From the NCBI GenBank assembly GCA_041742315.1, contig JBGSIX010000073.1, forward strand, positions 12,008 through 76,007: a stretch of 64,000 nucleotides of DNA. The letters run 5' to 3'. The notes under the pieces were generated by a model. That model was not told the DNA's origin. It did no database searches and saw only the letters and a program-made list of their open reading frames with translations. The stretch is from Phycisphaerales bacterium (GTDB taxonomy: Bacteria; Planctomycetota; Phycisphaerae; Phycisphaerales; UBA1924). Each line of letters begins with the position of its first letter. Within the stretch, counting starts at the first letter, position 1. Position numbers and translations under genes: made by a program. Below, in pieces: positions 8,952 to 18,568 of this stretch.

Positions 8952-9850
8952 CGCGCCTGCTTCCCGTTCTTGCCGGCGGACGTAGATCGCTTCTTTTTCT
9001 GCGACACGATGTAGCAGATAAAAGCGGGGTCAGCCTCGCCCTGCATCGTGGGCGTGAACTCGCCGTTGCCCTCTTCCTCGTCCTCGGGGTCGGTGCCTTC
9101 CCAGTACACCGTCACGTCCTCGAAACCCGCCTCGCTCAGCAGCTCGCGGATCTCGGGGAGCGTCCAGAGACGCCACTCGTAGATGAAGGCGTCGCGCATC
9201 TCCGTGCCGTCGGGGAACTTGAAGTGGATCCGGCACTCCATGTCGCCCGTGATCGGGTTGTACTTGTTCTGATCCCAGACGTAGGTGAAGTGCTTGTTGA
9301 TTTTGCGGACTTCTTCCTGCTCGAGCATGGTGTCCGAGCCGCCGTAGAAGTCGCAGACGAAGATGCCGTCGTCGTCGAGCGATTCGAGCACCGACTCGAA
9401 GTAGTCGCGCAGCCCCTGCCGGGTCTGGAAGATCCAGTAGCTGAAGTTCATCGCCAGGACGACATCCACGCCCATGCCCTTTGGACCGGTTTTGCGGACG
9501 TCCTTCTGAAGGAGCGTGACACGCTGCTGAGCCTTGGGATCCAGCGGCAAGATGTTCCGCTCCCGCCCCCAATCCAGGGTCGGGCCGTCGAGATCCACAC
9601 CGATGGATCTGTTCGTCTCGCGTCTTTTGACCCATTCGCACGCCGAGGCGGCGGTGCCGCAGAAGTCCTCGCGGAGCGTCTGTGCGGGCTTGCCCCTCAG
9701 AGCGGTGTAGGTGGCGTCGATGAAATCGATCTCGGCCTCGACGTTCTGGACGGAGAGCTGGTAGAGCTCGTGGCGGTCGGCGGTCCGGGCGGTGTATTTC
9801 ACGGACTTCTGACGTTTGGCGGGTTTGCGCGGCTTGGTCGCGGTACTCAT
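8948..9850 (-). CDS. Class I SAM-dependent methyltransferase
   Basis: 300-aa ORF with a motif-I-like EDFCGTAASA and a Rossmann-type layout. Its stop overlaps the downstream ATG as ATGA. Confidence 0.6.
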   Translation of the reverse strand: MSTATKPRKPAKRQKSVKYTARTADRHELYQLSVQNVEAEIDFIDATYTALRGKPAQTLREDFCGTAASACEWVKRRETNRSIGVDLDGPTLDWGRERNILPLDPKAQQRVTLLQKDVRKTGPKGMGVDVVLAMNFSYWIFQTRQGLRDYFESVLESLDDDGIFVCDFYGGSDTMLEQEEVRKINKHFTYVWDQNKYNPITGDMECRIHFKFPDGTEMRDAFIYEWRLWTLPEIRELLSEAGFEDVTVYWEGTDPEDEEEGNGEFTPTMQGEADPAFICYIVSQKKKRSTSAGKNGKQAR

Positions 9851-9993
9851 GGGCTGAGTCTAGGCCCCGCTGCCCCCAAACTCGCGATCCCGATGGAGGG
9901 CCCTTGCATACAGGCCGATCTATACTGCGGGGCTCGGCCGATCGGGCCGGGCACGAATCAGGGTCATCAACCTCCACAGGGAGAACGACAGAG

Positions 9994-11340
9994 ATGAAGC
10001 TCACCATGGTCGGCACGGGGTACGTCGGACTCGTCACGGGTGTCTGCTTTGCCGAGACCGGCAACGACGTCACCTGCCTGGACGTTGACCAGCGCAAGAT
10101 CGACAAACTCAAGCAGAACATCTGCCCCATCTACGAGCCCGGGCTCACCGAGATGATGGAACGCAACTACAAGTCGGGCCGCCTGACCTACACCCTCGAC
10201 AAGAACGCAGCCTACAAGGACGCCGAGATGATCTTCATCTGCGTCGGCACCCCCTCCGACGAGAAGGGCCACACGGACCTCAAGTACATCGACTCCGCCG
10301 CCGACGACATCGCCTCGGTCATCAAGGAACTTGGTCCGAACCAGAAACCCAAGGTCGTGGTTGTCAAATCGACCGTCCCCGTGGGCACGACGTTCTACGT
10401 CCGCGACCGCATCCGCGAGAAGGTCGGCCCGGACATCCCATTCTCGGTCGCCGACAACCCCGAGTTCCTGAAGGAAGGCGATGCGATCATCGACTTCATG
10501 AAGCCCGACCGCGTGGTTGTGGGCGTCGAGGACGAGAAGACGGGCGAGAAATTCAAGGATCTCTACGACCCGTTCGTCCGCAACGGGCACCCCATCTACC
10601 TCATGGACGTGCCCAGCGCCGAGATGGTCAAGTACGCCGCCAACAACTTCCTCGCCACCAAGATCAGCTTCATCAACGAGATGGCCAACCTCTGCGAGGC
10701 CTACGGCGCCGACATCAACCGCGTCCGTGAGGGCATGTGCTCCGACAAACGCGTCGGCCACCACTTCCTCTACCCGGGCCTGGGCTACGGCGGCTCCTGC
10801 TTCCCCAAGGACACGCTCGCCTGCATCATGATGGGCGACAAGGCCGGCGTCACCACACAGCTCTCAAACGCCGTCCACGGCACCAACCAGCGCCAGCGCA
10901 ACCTCTTCTTCAAGAAAATCATCAAGCACTTCGGCGGCGAGATGGGCCTCTCGGGCAAAACCTTCGCCTTCTGGGGCCTGGCCTTCAAGCCCCGCACCGA
11001 CGACATCCGCGAGGCCCCCGCCCTCTCGCTCGTCCGCAAGGCCCTGGGCTACGGCGTGACCTGCAAGGGCTTTGACCCGGTGGCCATGGAGAACGTCGCC
11101 GCCGAAATGGGCAGCACCATCAGCCTGCACGAGGACATCTACGAGACCGCCAAGGGAGCCGACGCCCTGATCATCTCGACCGACTGGGACGAGTTCAAGA
11201 CGCCCGACTTCGAGAAGCTGGCGTCCGTGATGAACGGCAAGGTCATCTTTGACGGCCGGAACCTCTACCGCCGCCAGCAGATGGGCCAGCTCGGGTTCCA
11301 CTACTACTCGGTGGGCCGCCAGCCGGTCGTGCCCAGCTGA
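9994..11340 (+). CDS. ugd: UDP-glucose 6-dehydrogenase
   Basis: ATG at 9994 preceded by GGGAGA. N-terminal NAD fold MKLTMVGTGYVGLVTGVCFAETG. Catalytic Cys motif GGSCFPKD. Confidence 0.9.
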   Translation: MKLTMVGTGYVGLVTGVCFAETGNDVTCLDVDQRKIDKLKQNICPIYEPGLTEMMERNYKSGRLTYTLDKNAAYKDAEMIFICVGTPSDEKGHTDLKYIDSAADDIASVIKELGPNQKPKVVVVKSTVPVGTTFYVRDRIREKVGPDIPFSVADNPEFLKEGDAIIDFMKPDRVVVGVEDEKTGEKFKDLYDPFVRNGHPIYLMDVPSAEMVKYAANNFLATKISFINEMANLCEAYGADINRVREGMCSDKRVGHHFLYPGLGYGGSCFPKDTLACIMMGDKAGVTTQLSNAVHGTNQRQRNLFFKKIIKHFGGEMGLSGKTFAFWGLAFKPRTDDIREAPALSLVRKALGYGVTCKGFDPVAMENVAAEMGSTISLHEDIYETAKGADALIISTDWDEFKTPDFEKLASVMNGKVIFDGRNLYRRQQMGQLGFHYYSVGRQPVVPS

Positions 11341-11364
11341 GAATTGACAGGATCCGAATCTGCG

Positions 11365-11396
11365 AAAGCCCCTCGCCATGCGGGGGGCTTTTCTTT
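11365..11396 (+). terminator. Rho-independent terminator after ugd
   Basis: Stem aaagcccc / ggggcttt with a loop of about 11 nt, followed by a T-rich run (ttctttg). Confidence 0.7.
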
Positions 11397-11436
11397 GCTC
11401 CCTCTCCCCGCTAGGGAGAGGGCCGGGGAGAGGGGC
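11397..11436. repeat. 40-bp REP-like GC-rich palindromic element, copy 1
   Basis: Sequence gctccctctccccgctagggagagggccggggagaggggc. Its reverse complement matches 25727..25766 at 35 of the 39 aligned positions. It can form the internal hairpin ccctctccc / gggagaggg. Confidence 0.75.
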
Positions 11437-11471
11437 TCGTGTGCGTCCACCCGGCGAACTAGAATCCACCC

Positions 11472-12047
11472 ATGGCGCCACGCATCTTCCGTTTCTACCA
11501 ACGCCACCGCATCGTCAATGTCAATCTCAACATCATCGGTGCGGGCCTGCTGGCGGTCGCCATCGCCAAGTACCCCGTCCACTGGCTGAGCCTCACCATT
11601 GGCGAAGAGCAGAAGTTCATCAACTCCATCGTCGCGGCGATCGTCGACGGGATCGTGGACATCGGGCTCTACTTCGTCCTTCACTGGGTCGCCAACCACT
11701 GGGGGCCCATCAAGCACGAACGCAAGGCCAAGGCCAAGCACGACGACAACGGCAATCCAATCGAGAAGTCGGCTTCCTTCTGGCGCGAGGCCAGCCTCGT
11801 CCAGTTCGAGCGCCTCACGCTCACACCCGTCTTCTATGTCTTCGCCATCGGGGGCATGTGGGGGCTCCAGCACTACGGCCTCCGCGCGAGCTGGGCCTTC
11901 GTCCTCTCCTTCTCGGTCGGCCTCATCGTCACGCGCATCATGCACACCTGGTGGTCGCTCCGCACAGGGCGATTCGAGCCCCTGCCCATCTTCAACGGCA
12001 AAGCAAGAGCCGCCGCCAAAGCCAACGACAACTCCGACGCGGCATGA
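11472..12047 (+). CDS. Hypothetical integral membrane protein
   Basis: 191-aa ORF with about four hydrophobic segments (NIIGAGLLAVAIA, IVAAIVDGIVDIGLYFVL, LTPVFYVFAIGGMWGL, WAFVLSFSVGLIV). I recognise no family. Confidence 0.55.
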   Translation: MAPRIFRFYQRHRIVNVNLNIIGAGLLAVAIAKYPVHWLSLTIGEEQKFINSIVAAIVDGIVDIGLYFVLHWVANHWGPIKHERKAKAKHDDNGNPIEKSASFWREASLVQFERLTLTPVFYVFAIGGMWGLQHYGLRASWAFVLSFSVGLIVTRIMHTWWSLRTGRFEPLPIFNGKARAAAKANDNSDAA

Positions 12048-12059
12048 ATCCATATCTGC

Positions 12060-12126
12060 ACGAGCCGCGACCGTGAGGGAGCGGTCTTTCCATTCCCCAA
12101 CCCGCTCCCTCACGGTCGCGGCTCGT
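12060..12126. repeat. Perfect 25-bp-stem palindrome (REP-like element / strong terminator)
   Basis: 12060..12084 (acgagccgcgaccgtgagggagcgg) is exactly complementary to 12102..12126. The loop is 17 nt. It is followed by TTTGTGT. Confidence 0.8.
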
Positions 12127-12144
12127 TTGTGTATCCTCCCCACC

Positions 12145-14154
12145 ATGTGCGGCATCGCAGGCATCATCCGAATCCACGACCCCAAAGATGGTCCCGCGCC
12201 CCCCCACCTCGAATCCATCCCCGAGTCCTGGCTGGACACCCTCGACGAATCTATCAAGCACCGAGGCCCCGACGGCGCGGGCCGATTCCGCGACCGGGCC
12301 ACACGCGACGATGGCATCGTGGTCGATGTCGCCCTCGTCCACCGACGCCTCAGCATCCTCGACCACGCCGGCGGCCACCAGCCCATGGTCCACGACGGCC
12401 ACCGCCTCCGCCCCGACCTCACCTACCAGCCCGGCGAAACCCCCAAACTCGCCCACGAACTCGAACCCCACAAACCCCTCGTCGCCCTCGCCTTCAACGG
12501 CTGCATCTACAACCACCGCGACCTCCGCAAAGAACTCGAAGCCAAAGGCCACGCCTTCGAGACGGACCACTCCGACACGGAGGTGCTGGTGCATGGGTGG
12601 AGGGAGTGGGATCTCAATGTCCTACTCCACTTGGATTCCATGCACGCCTTCATCGCATGGGATCGCGCAACCGGCCGCCTCGCGTCCAGCCGAGACCTCA
12701 CAGGTGAGAAGCCGCTCGTCTACAACCCACTCGGCAGGCACGCGTATGCGCTGACCTCCGCAGCGCGAGCACTCACTACGATCGACCCCGGCTCCATCTG
12801 GACGGATAGGCCCTCAATGATGGGCTTAGCTGTCCCGAGATGGTGCCACTCGGGCGCTGAACTCGCACTTCCACTCCGCTTCTGCCTGCCTCATCTCACT
12901 CGCTTCGCAGATTTCACGCCCGCAGACGATGCTGAGCCAGAAGTTCACCTCGACCTCCCCGATCGCAGCCGAACGGTTCCGCTCAACCTCAGCGAGTGGC
13001 ACCAACTCCTGACCAATGCCGTCACTTCCCGCCTCGAAGCCGACGCCCCCCTCGGCCTCTTCCTCTCCGGCGGCCTCGACTCCGCCCTCATCGCCGCCAT
13101 CGCCAAACAGCACCGCCCAGACATCAAGACCTTCACCGTCCGAATGCCGCCCACCACGAGCGGAGCCCGCCTCGACGAGTCCGAAGCCGCCGCCGAGACC
13201 GCACGCCACCTCGGCACCGACCACCACACCCTCGACTGCAACCCCGATCCCGCCTCCGACCTCGTCCACCTCATCCAACAGCTCGGCCTGCCCCTCGGCG
13301 ACAGCTCTCTGCTCCCGACGTACTGGGTCAGCAAGACCGCGCGCGAGCACGTCAAGGTCGCCCTCGCCGGCGACGGGGGAGACGAGCTCTTCGGCGGCTA
13401 CCGCAGGCACACCATCGCGCCCACACTCAACCGCTACCGCCACCTCCTCCGCCTCATCCCGACGCGCCTCCTGAACCAGCGCGCCCCCGGCTCACGCGGG
13501 ACATACCTCGCAAGGCTCGCAATCGCCGCCCGCGCGGGAGGCTACCCGGAACTGCTCGCCATTTTCCAGACGCCCGATCTCCGCAGACTCATTGCATCAA
13601 CCGACGGCGAACGAGTCGGCAGCGACATCTTCGAGAAGATCGACGACCCGCTCCGCTATGACTTCGACCACTACCTCCCCGATGACCTGCTCCGTAAAAC
13701 CGACACCGCCTCGATGGCCGTTGCCCTCGAGGTCCGGGCGCCGTTCCTCGCGCGTGAACTCGTCGAGACCGCCCTACGCACGCCGCTGGATGTGCTGATG
13801 CCGAGCGGCGAGCGCAAAGGCCTCCTCAAACAAATCGCCCGCAAGTACCTGCCCGATTCGATCGTTGACCGTCCGAAGCAGGGCTTTGCCATCCCGATCG
13901 GCGAGTGGTTCCGCTCGGACTTCGGCTCCATGCGCACGCTGCTCCACGACCACCTCGAATCCACCGACCCCTTCCCGGGGCTCGCCGAGGCGGGTGTCAA
14001 CATCAACATGGATTTCGTGCGCCGGATGCTCCGCGAGCACGACGCGGCGGGCGAACGATCCATCAACCCCTGGCACGGCCGCGACCACTCGCAACGGCTC
14101 TACATGCTCATGGTCCTCTCCATCTGGGCCAAGTGGCTCCAGTCAATCCGCTAA
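12145..14154 (+). CDS. asnB: Asparagine synthase (glutamine-hydrolysing)
   Basis: ORF 11599..14154 trimmed to the ATG at 12145. This gives MCGIAG, the Ntn-amidotransferase catalytic Cys2. The PP-loop is FLSGGLDSA. Confidence 0.85.
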   Translation: MCGIAGIIRIHDPKDGPAPPHLESIPESWLDTLDESIKHRGPDGAGRFRDRATRDDGIVVDVALVHRRLSILDHAGGHQPMVHDGHRLRPDLTYQPGETPKLAHELEPHKPLVALAFNGCIYNHRDLRKELEAKGHAFETDHSDTEVLVHGWREWDLNVLLHLDSMHAFIAWDRATGRLASSRDLTGEKPLVYNPLGRHAYALTSAARALTTIDPGSIWTDRPSMMGLAVPRWCHSGAELALPLRFCLPHLTRFADFTPADDAEPEVHLDLPDRSRTVPLNLSEWHQLLTNAVTSRLEADAPLGLFLSGGLDSALIAAIAKQHRPDIKTFTVRMPPTTSGARLDESEAAAETARHLGTDHHTLDCNPDPASDLVHLIQQLGLPLGDSSLLPTYWVSKTAREHVKVALAGDGGDELFGGYRRHTIAPTLNRYRHLLRLIPTRLLNQRAPGSRGTYLARLAIAARAGGYPELLAIFQTPDLRRLIASTDGERVGSDIFEKIDDPLRYDFDHYLPDDLLRKTDTASMAVALEVRAPFLARELVETALRTPLDVLMPSGERKGLLKQIARKYLPDSIVDRPKQGFAIPIGEWFRSDFGSMRTLLHDHLESTDPFPGLAEAGVNINMDFVRRMLREHDAAGERSINPWHGRDHSQRLYMLMVLSIWAKWLQSIR

Positions 14155-14163
14155 GATGCACCC

Positions 14164-14640
14164 ATGAACGCACTCGAAAAACTCCGCCAGGTCGCCGAGG
14201 ACATCCGCGCCAATAAAGACCCGCTGAAACTCCAGTCCCACTGGGACCTCGCGGTGCGCCTGATCTCACGGTTCCCGGTCGATCAGAACGCCGCGATGGT
14301 GGCGTACAAGGCCAATGACTTTGCGGCCTTCGACACCCTCGTCCAATCACTCGAAGCGCCCAAGCCCAAAGCCGAGCCCAAGGACGAGGGCCCGGTCGAG
14401 GTGACGCACGAGATGCGCGAGGCGCTCAAGGCCTTCCGCAAGCGGCTCAAGCTCACGCGGCTCGACGACGAATCACGCCTGGGCAACCGCCAGATGACGG
14501 GCGGTCTCAAGTCCGAGGTCGACGCGATCATCCCGCCGAGCGAGTACACGCCGGCGGTCTGGAAATCGCTCGTCCGCGCGGGCGTGCTGACGGACATGGG
14601 CCAGGGTTTCTATATGCTCGTGCCGGGCGCGGTGCTCTGA
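14164..14640 (+). CDS. Hypothetical protein
   Basis: 158-aa ORF starting 10 nt after asnB. I recognise no motif. Its 3' end overlaps the convergent SDR gene by 31 nt. Confidence 0.5.
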   Translation: MNALEKLRQVAEDIRANKDPLKLQSHWDLAVRLISRFPVDQNAAMVAYKANDFAAFDTLVQSLEAPKPKAEPKDEGPVEVTHEMREALKAFRKRLKLTRLDDESRLGNRQMTGGLKSEVDAIIPPSEYTPAVWKSLVRAGVLTDMGQGFYMLVPGAVL

Positions 14641-15425
14641 CGCCTGCGGTTCCGGCGAAGCTGGCTCCGATCGATGAGCCAGCCGAAGTAGGTGTGCGCG
14701 AACCGCACGAACCTGGCATGCCCCGTCACGACAACAAGCCGCTTGTCTTTCTCGATCGCCCGCACCGTGCGACGGGCGACGAGTTCGGGCGTCGCGGTCA
14801 GGCTCGGGTGGTACACGCGTTTGCTCGAACTCCGTCCCTCGGCCCGGGCGCTCGTGTACAGATTCGTCCGCACGAGCCCCGGGCAGATGACCGAGACCCC
14901 GATCGCGGGCGAGAGCTCCGCCCGCAGCGCGAGGCTGAACCCGATAAGCCCGTACTTGCTCGTGCAGTACGCCGCCATGTTGCGCTTGGGCGTGAGCCCG
15001 AGCATGCTCGAGATATTGACGATGTGCGCCCCGCTCGACCGGCGCAGAGCGGGCAATAACCCGTACACGAGCCGCGCCGGCGCGTCGAGGTTGATCCGCA
15101 TGAGCCGGTCCCACTCCTCGATCGGCATCTTCTCGAACGGATCGAACCAGAGCCGACCCGCGTTGTTAATGAGCAGATCGATCGGCCCGCCCTCTCTGGC
15201 GAACCGCCCGGCGAGCACGTCCACCTCGTCGAGGTCCGCAAGATCAAGGACATGCACGCCGAGCACGCTCGGTCCTAATTCATCGCACACGCGGTGCAGC
15301 CCGGGCTCATTGATATCAACAAGCTCGAGCTCGCAGCCCCGTCTGGCCAGCTCCCGCGCGATCGCCAGGCCGATCCCCGAGGCGGCCCCGGTCACCAGGG
15401 CGCGTTTGCCCGCCAGAGGCCCCAT
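14610..15425 (-). CDS. SDR-family oxidoreductase
   Basis: Trimmed to the ATG at 15425 (MGPLAGKRALVTGAASGIGLA). Contains the TGxxxGxG motif and the YxxxK motif (AAYCTSKYG). ATGA overlap with the upstream gene. Confidence 0.85.
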   Translation of the reverse strand: MGPLAGKRALVTGAASGIGLAIARELARRGCELELVDINEPGLHRVCDELGPSVLGVHVLDLADLDEVDVLAGRFAREGGPIDLLINNAGRLWFDPFEKMPIEEWDRLMRINLDAPARLVYGLLPALRRSSGAHIVNISSMLGLTPKRNMAAYCTSKYGLIGFSLALRAELSPAIGVSVICPGLVRTNLYTSARAEGRSSSKRVYHPSLTATPELVARRTVRAIEKDKRLVVVTGHARFVRFAHTYFGWLIDRSQLRRNRRRQSTAPGTSI

Positions 15426-16330
15426 CACTTCGGTTCGACCGCCCGGTACGCATCGATCACCGCCTGCTCGCCCGGGGCGTCGGGCTTGCTGTTGCCGTGC
15501 TCCATGCCGTAAATGCCCGTGAACCCCTTGCTCTTGATATGCGCAAAGACCTTGGCGAAGTTCACCTCGCCCGTCGTCGGCTCGTTGCGTCCGGGGTTGT
15601 CGCCGATCTGGAAGTACGCGATCTCGTCCCACGCGCGATCGATGTTGGGGATCAGGTTCCCCTCGGTCACCTGCTGGTGGTACAGATCGCACAGGATCTT
15701 GCAGCTCGGCGAATTCACCGCGCGACAGATCTCGTACCCATGCGACATCTTCGCAAGAAGCATGCTCGGATGGTCCCGCGGGTTGAGCGGTTCGAGCACC
15801 ATGACCAAGCCATGAGGCTCAAGAATCTGGGCGCCCCGGCGGAGCTGCTCCACCGCGTACGCGGTCTGGTATTCGATGTCGATGCGCGGGTGCCTTGTGC
15901 CCGGAACAACCGTCATCCACTTCGCGTTCACGCGCTTGGCAACCTCGACCGCGTTCTCGCACGCCTTGGCGAAGTTGTCCGAGTCTTCCTGCTTGCCCTG
16001 GCTGAACGTAGGCCCCCAGGCCGAGTCCGGGTTGAGCACGAACACGCCCATCGTCATCCCGAGACGCTGCATGGTCTCGGCGATCCGCTGCTGCTCCTCG
16101 GTGCTCCGACCGCCCATGCCGTTATCTTCCCAGGCCGTAAAGCCCTGACTCGCGGCGAACTCGAGCTGCGCCACCGGATCGTCGCCCGCGTGGTGCCTGA
16201 ACATGCCAAAGTGCGGCGCAAAGTGCACCGAGAATTTTTCTTCGTTGTTTGTCATCGCAGCCGAGACCTTGAGCGCCGAAGCCGAGGCTACCGCCCCGCC
16301 CGCAGCCGCCAGAAATGTGCGTCGGTCCAT
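15425..16330 (-). CDS. Tat-signal TIM-barrel sugar-phosphate isomerase/epimerase family protein (hydroxypyruvate-isomerase-like)
   Basis: N-terminus MDRRTFLAAAGGAVASASA looks like a twin-arginine signal. The body is a xylose-isomerase-like TIM barrel. Confidence 0.7.
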   Translation of the reverse strand: MDRRTFLAAAGGAVASASALKVSAAMTNNEEKFSVHFAPHFGMFRHHAGDDPVAQLEFAASQGFTAWEDNGMGGRSTEEQQRIAETMQRLGMTMGVFVLNPDSAWGPTFSQGKQEDSDNFAKACENAVEVAKRVNAKWMTVVPGTRHPRIDIEYQTAYAVEQLRRGAQILEPHGLVMVLEPLNPRDHPSMLLAKMSHGYEICRAVNSPSCKILCDLYHQQVTEGNLIPNIDRAWDEIAYFQIGDNPGRNEPTTGEVNFAKVFAHIKSKGFTGIYGMEHGNSKPDAPGEQAVIDAYRAVEPK

Positions 16331-16345
16331 GGACAGAACTCCTTC

Positions 16346-17629
16346 TCAGATCAGAGGCGTCTCGCCCGGGGTGGGCACGGGCCGGACCGGCAGGTCGCCG
16401 AAAGCGTACGACGCGGGCGACAGATTCAGCTGCGAGTTCATCGCCTGCTCCCATGTGACCTGCTTGCCGGTGTAGGTGCTCATGCGGCCCATGATCGCCG
16501 TCAGCGTGCTCTCGGCGACGCGGCGGGCCTCGTTCAGGTACTTCCCCTCGCCCGTGATCGACGCAACAAGGTCCGTGTGTTCCTGCTCGTACGGGTTGCG
16601 GTTATCCGCATCGAAGCGCCAGTTGCTGGCCCCCTCGATCACCGCATAACCCGGACGCGAGACGCTCGTGCCCTTCGTGCCGCGGAGCACTTCCTCGACC
16701 CGTCCCGCGCAGCCGTCGATCTGCCGGCACATGCTCATGCAGCTCGACCCGTCGGCGTACTCGAACTCGATCGCAAAGTGATCGAAGATGTTGCCGTACT
16801 TCTCCGCCGTCCGCACCTGCCGCCCGCCCATGCCGGTCGCCTTGACGGGCGGGCCGCCCTTGGCCCAGTTGACGACGTCGATGTTGTGGATGTGCTGCTC
16901 GCAGATGTGGTCGCCCGAGAGCCAGCAGAAATACAGCCAGTTCCGGCACTGCCACTCCATGTCCGTGTACTCGGGCTTGCGGTCGTGGACCCAGAGCCCG
17001 CCCTGGTTCCAGTAGCACTGCGCCCCGACGATGTCGCCGAGTTCGCCGTTCTGCACCCGCTCCATGAGCGCCAGGTACGACGCCTCGTGGCGGCGCTGCG
17101 TGCCCGCGACCACGCTGAGCTTCTGCGCCTTGGCCCGCTCCCCCGCCTCGATCACCGTGCGGATGCCCTGCGGGTCCACGGCGACGGGCTTCTCCATGAA
17201 CACGTGCTTGCCCGCGTCGATCGCGGCCTTGAAATGGATCGGCCTGAATCCCGGCGGCGTGGCGAGAATGACGTAATCGATGTCCTTCAGTGCCACGAGC
17301 TTCTGGTACGCATCAAAGCCCGTAAAGCAGTGCGCCTCGTCGATCGCCACGCGCTGGCTGGCATCCTCGCGGCCTTCGAGATAACCGCGCGAGCCGTCCA
17401 AGCGGTCCTCAAACAGATCAGCGAGCGCGACGATCTTCACCGAAGGGTGCGCATCGATCGCGTTCGCCGCGGCTCCCGTGCCGCGCCCGCCGCAGCCGAT
17501 CACGCCCACCCGGATCTCGCCGCTGCCGCGACGCACCGCGCTGGCCGCGAACGCCGGCGAGATGAGTGACCCGACCCCAAGAGCCGCCCCGGCCTTGACC
17601 ACATCTCGCCTGTTCCAGTTCTTCGTCAT
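16346..17629 (-). CDS. Tat-signal Gfo/Idh/MocA-family oxidoreductase
   Basis: Trimmed to the ATG at 17629 (MTKNWNRRDVVKAGAALGV). Rossmann motif VGVIGCGGRGTGAA. Confidence 0.85.
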   Translation of the reverse strand: MTKNWNRRDVVKAGAALGVGSLISPAFAASAVRRGSGEIRVGVIGCGGRGTGAAANAIDAHPSVKIVALADLFEDRLDGSRGYLEGREDASQRVAIDEAHCFTGFDAYQKLVALKDIDYVILATPPGFRPIHFKAAIDAGKHVFMEKPVAVDPQGIRTVIEAGERAKAQKLSVVAGTQRRHEASYLALMERVQNGELGDIVGAQCYWNQGGLWVHDRKPEYTDMEWQCRNWLYFCWLSGDHICEQHIHNIDVVNWAKGGPPVKATGMGGRQVRTAEKYGNIFDHFAIEFEYADGSSCMSMCRQIDGCAGRVEEVLRGTKGTSVSRPGYAVIEGASNWRFDADNRNPYEQEHTDLVASITGEGKYLNEARRVAESTLTAIMGRMSTYTGKQVTWEQAMNSQLNLSPASYAFGDLPVRPVPTPGETPLI

Positions 17630-17630
17630 C

Positions 17631-18557
17631 TCACGCTCCCTCAAAGTTGAGCACCCGATCCATCCGCGATGCGATCTCGGCCAATCGATCCGCCCCGCCG
17701 CCCCCGACCTCCGCCGAGGCCCACCCACGATACCCGATCCGGACCAACGCCTCGCAGACCGCTGGCCAGTCGCAATCGTCCTCGCCGATCTCGACGCCGA
17801 ACCCCTTCCAGAGCCCCTCGTTGTCACGCTTGCTTCGGCTAAACCCCTTCATATCCATCTTGAGCATCCGAGGGCCGAGCACGTCGATCCACTGCTCGGG
17901 CCAGGCATAGTTGATGATGTTGCCCACATCGAAGTACCAGCCCACGTTCGGGCTCTCGAACTCGTCGACGTACCGCGCCGCCTCGAGCGGGCTGAGCAGG
18001 AAGTTGTTCCACACGTTCTCGAACGCGATCGCGACGCCAAGCCCCTCCGCCATCGGCACGAGCCTCCCGATCTCCTTCTGGCTCAACTTGTACGCATCGG
18101 CGTAGCTCATCCCCTTGCGCACGACCGCGGGCACCACGAGCACGGTCGAGCCGCCGACTTTCTTGCAGTCGCGGAGCGCCGTCTCCAAAGCCGCCCGCCC
18201 CTCGGCCCGCACGCTCTCGTCGGGATGATTGAACGGCTTGCCCCAGTGCGCCGAGTCCACCACGCCCGGGATACGAATACCCACCGCGTCGCGGGCCTCG
18301 ATGACCTCATCAAGATCAAGATCGCTCGGGCTGTCGAGCTCGACGCCGTCGAAGCCCGCGGCCTTGGCAAACTCGAACTTCTCGCGCACCGATTCGCCCG
18401 CGCCGATCATTCCGAACTTCAGTGACTTCAAAACTCTCGGACCCGACCCCGCCGAATTGGCCCGCCAATGCTCGGGCTGCGCCAAAGACCGGCCCGCATG
18501 CACGGCAACACCCGCCGCCGCCGCGCTCAGCAAAAACGACCTGCGATCGATCGACAT
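17631..18557 (-). CDS. Tat-signal TIM-barrel sugar-phosphate isomerase/epimerase family protein
   Basis: ATG at 18557 lies 6 nt after AAGGAGG and gives MSIDRRSFLLSAAAAG. The body is xylose-isomerase-like. Confidence 0.75.
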   Translation of the reverse strand: MSIDRRSFLLSAAAAGVAVHAGRSLAQPEHWRANSAGSGPRVLKSLKFGMIGAGESVREKFEFAKAAGFDGVELDSPSDLDLDEVIEARDAVGIRIPGVVDSAHWGKPFNHPDESVRAEGRAALETALRDCKKVGGSTVLVVPAVVRKGMSYADAYKLSQKEIGRLVPMAEGLGVAIAFENVWNNFLLSPLEAARYVDEFESPNVGWYFDVGNIINYAWPEQWIDVLGPRMLKMDMKGFSRSKRDNEGLWKGFGVEIGEDDCDWPAVCEALVRIGYRGWASAEVGGGGADRLAEIASRMDRVLNFEGA

Positions 18558-18568
18558 GATCACCCTCC

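Noticed and set aside
15497-17569. 690-aa plus-strand ORF spanning two minus-strand genes
   Set aside because: It runs antisense across the TIM-barrel and Gfo/Idh/MocA genes. The composition is Arg/Leu/His-rich and featureless. GC artefact.
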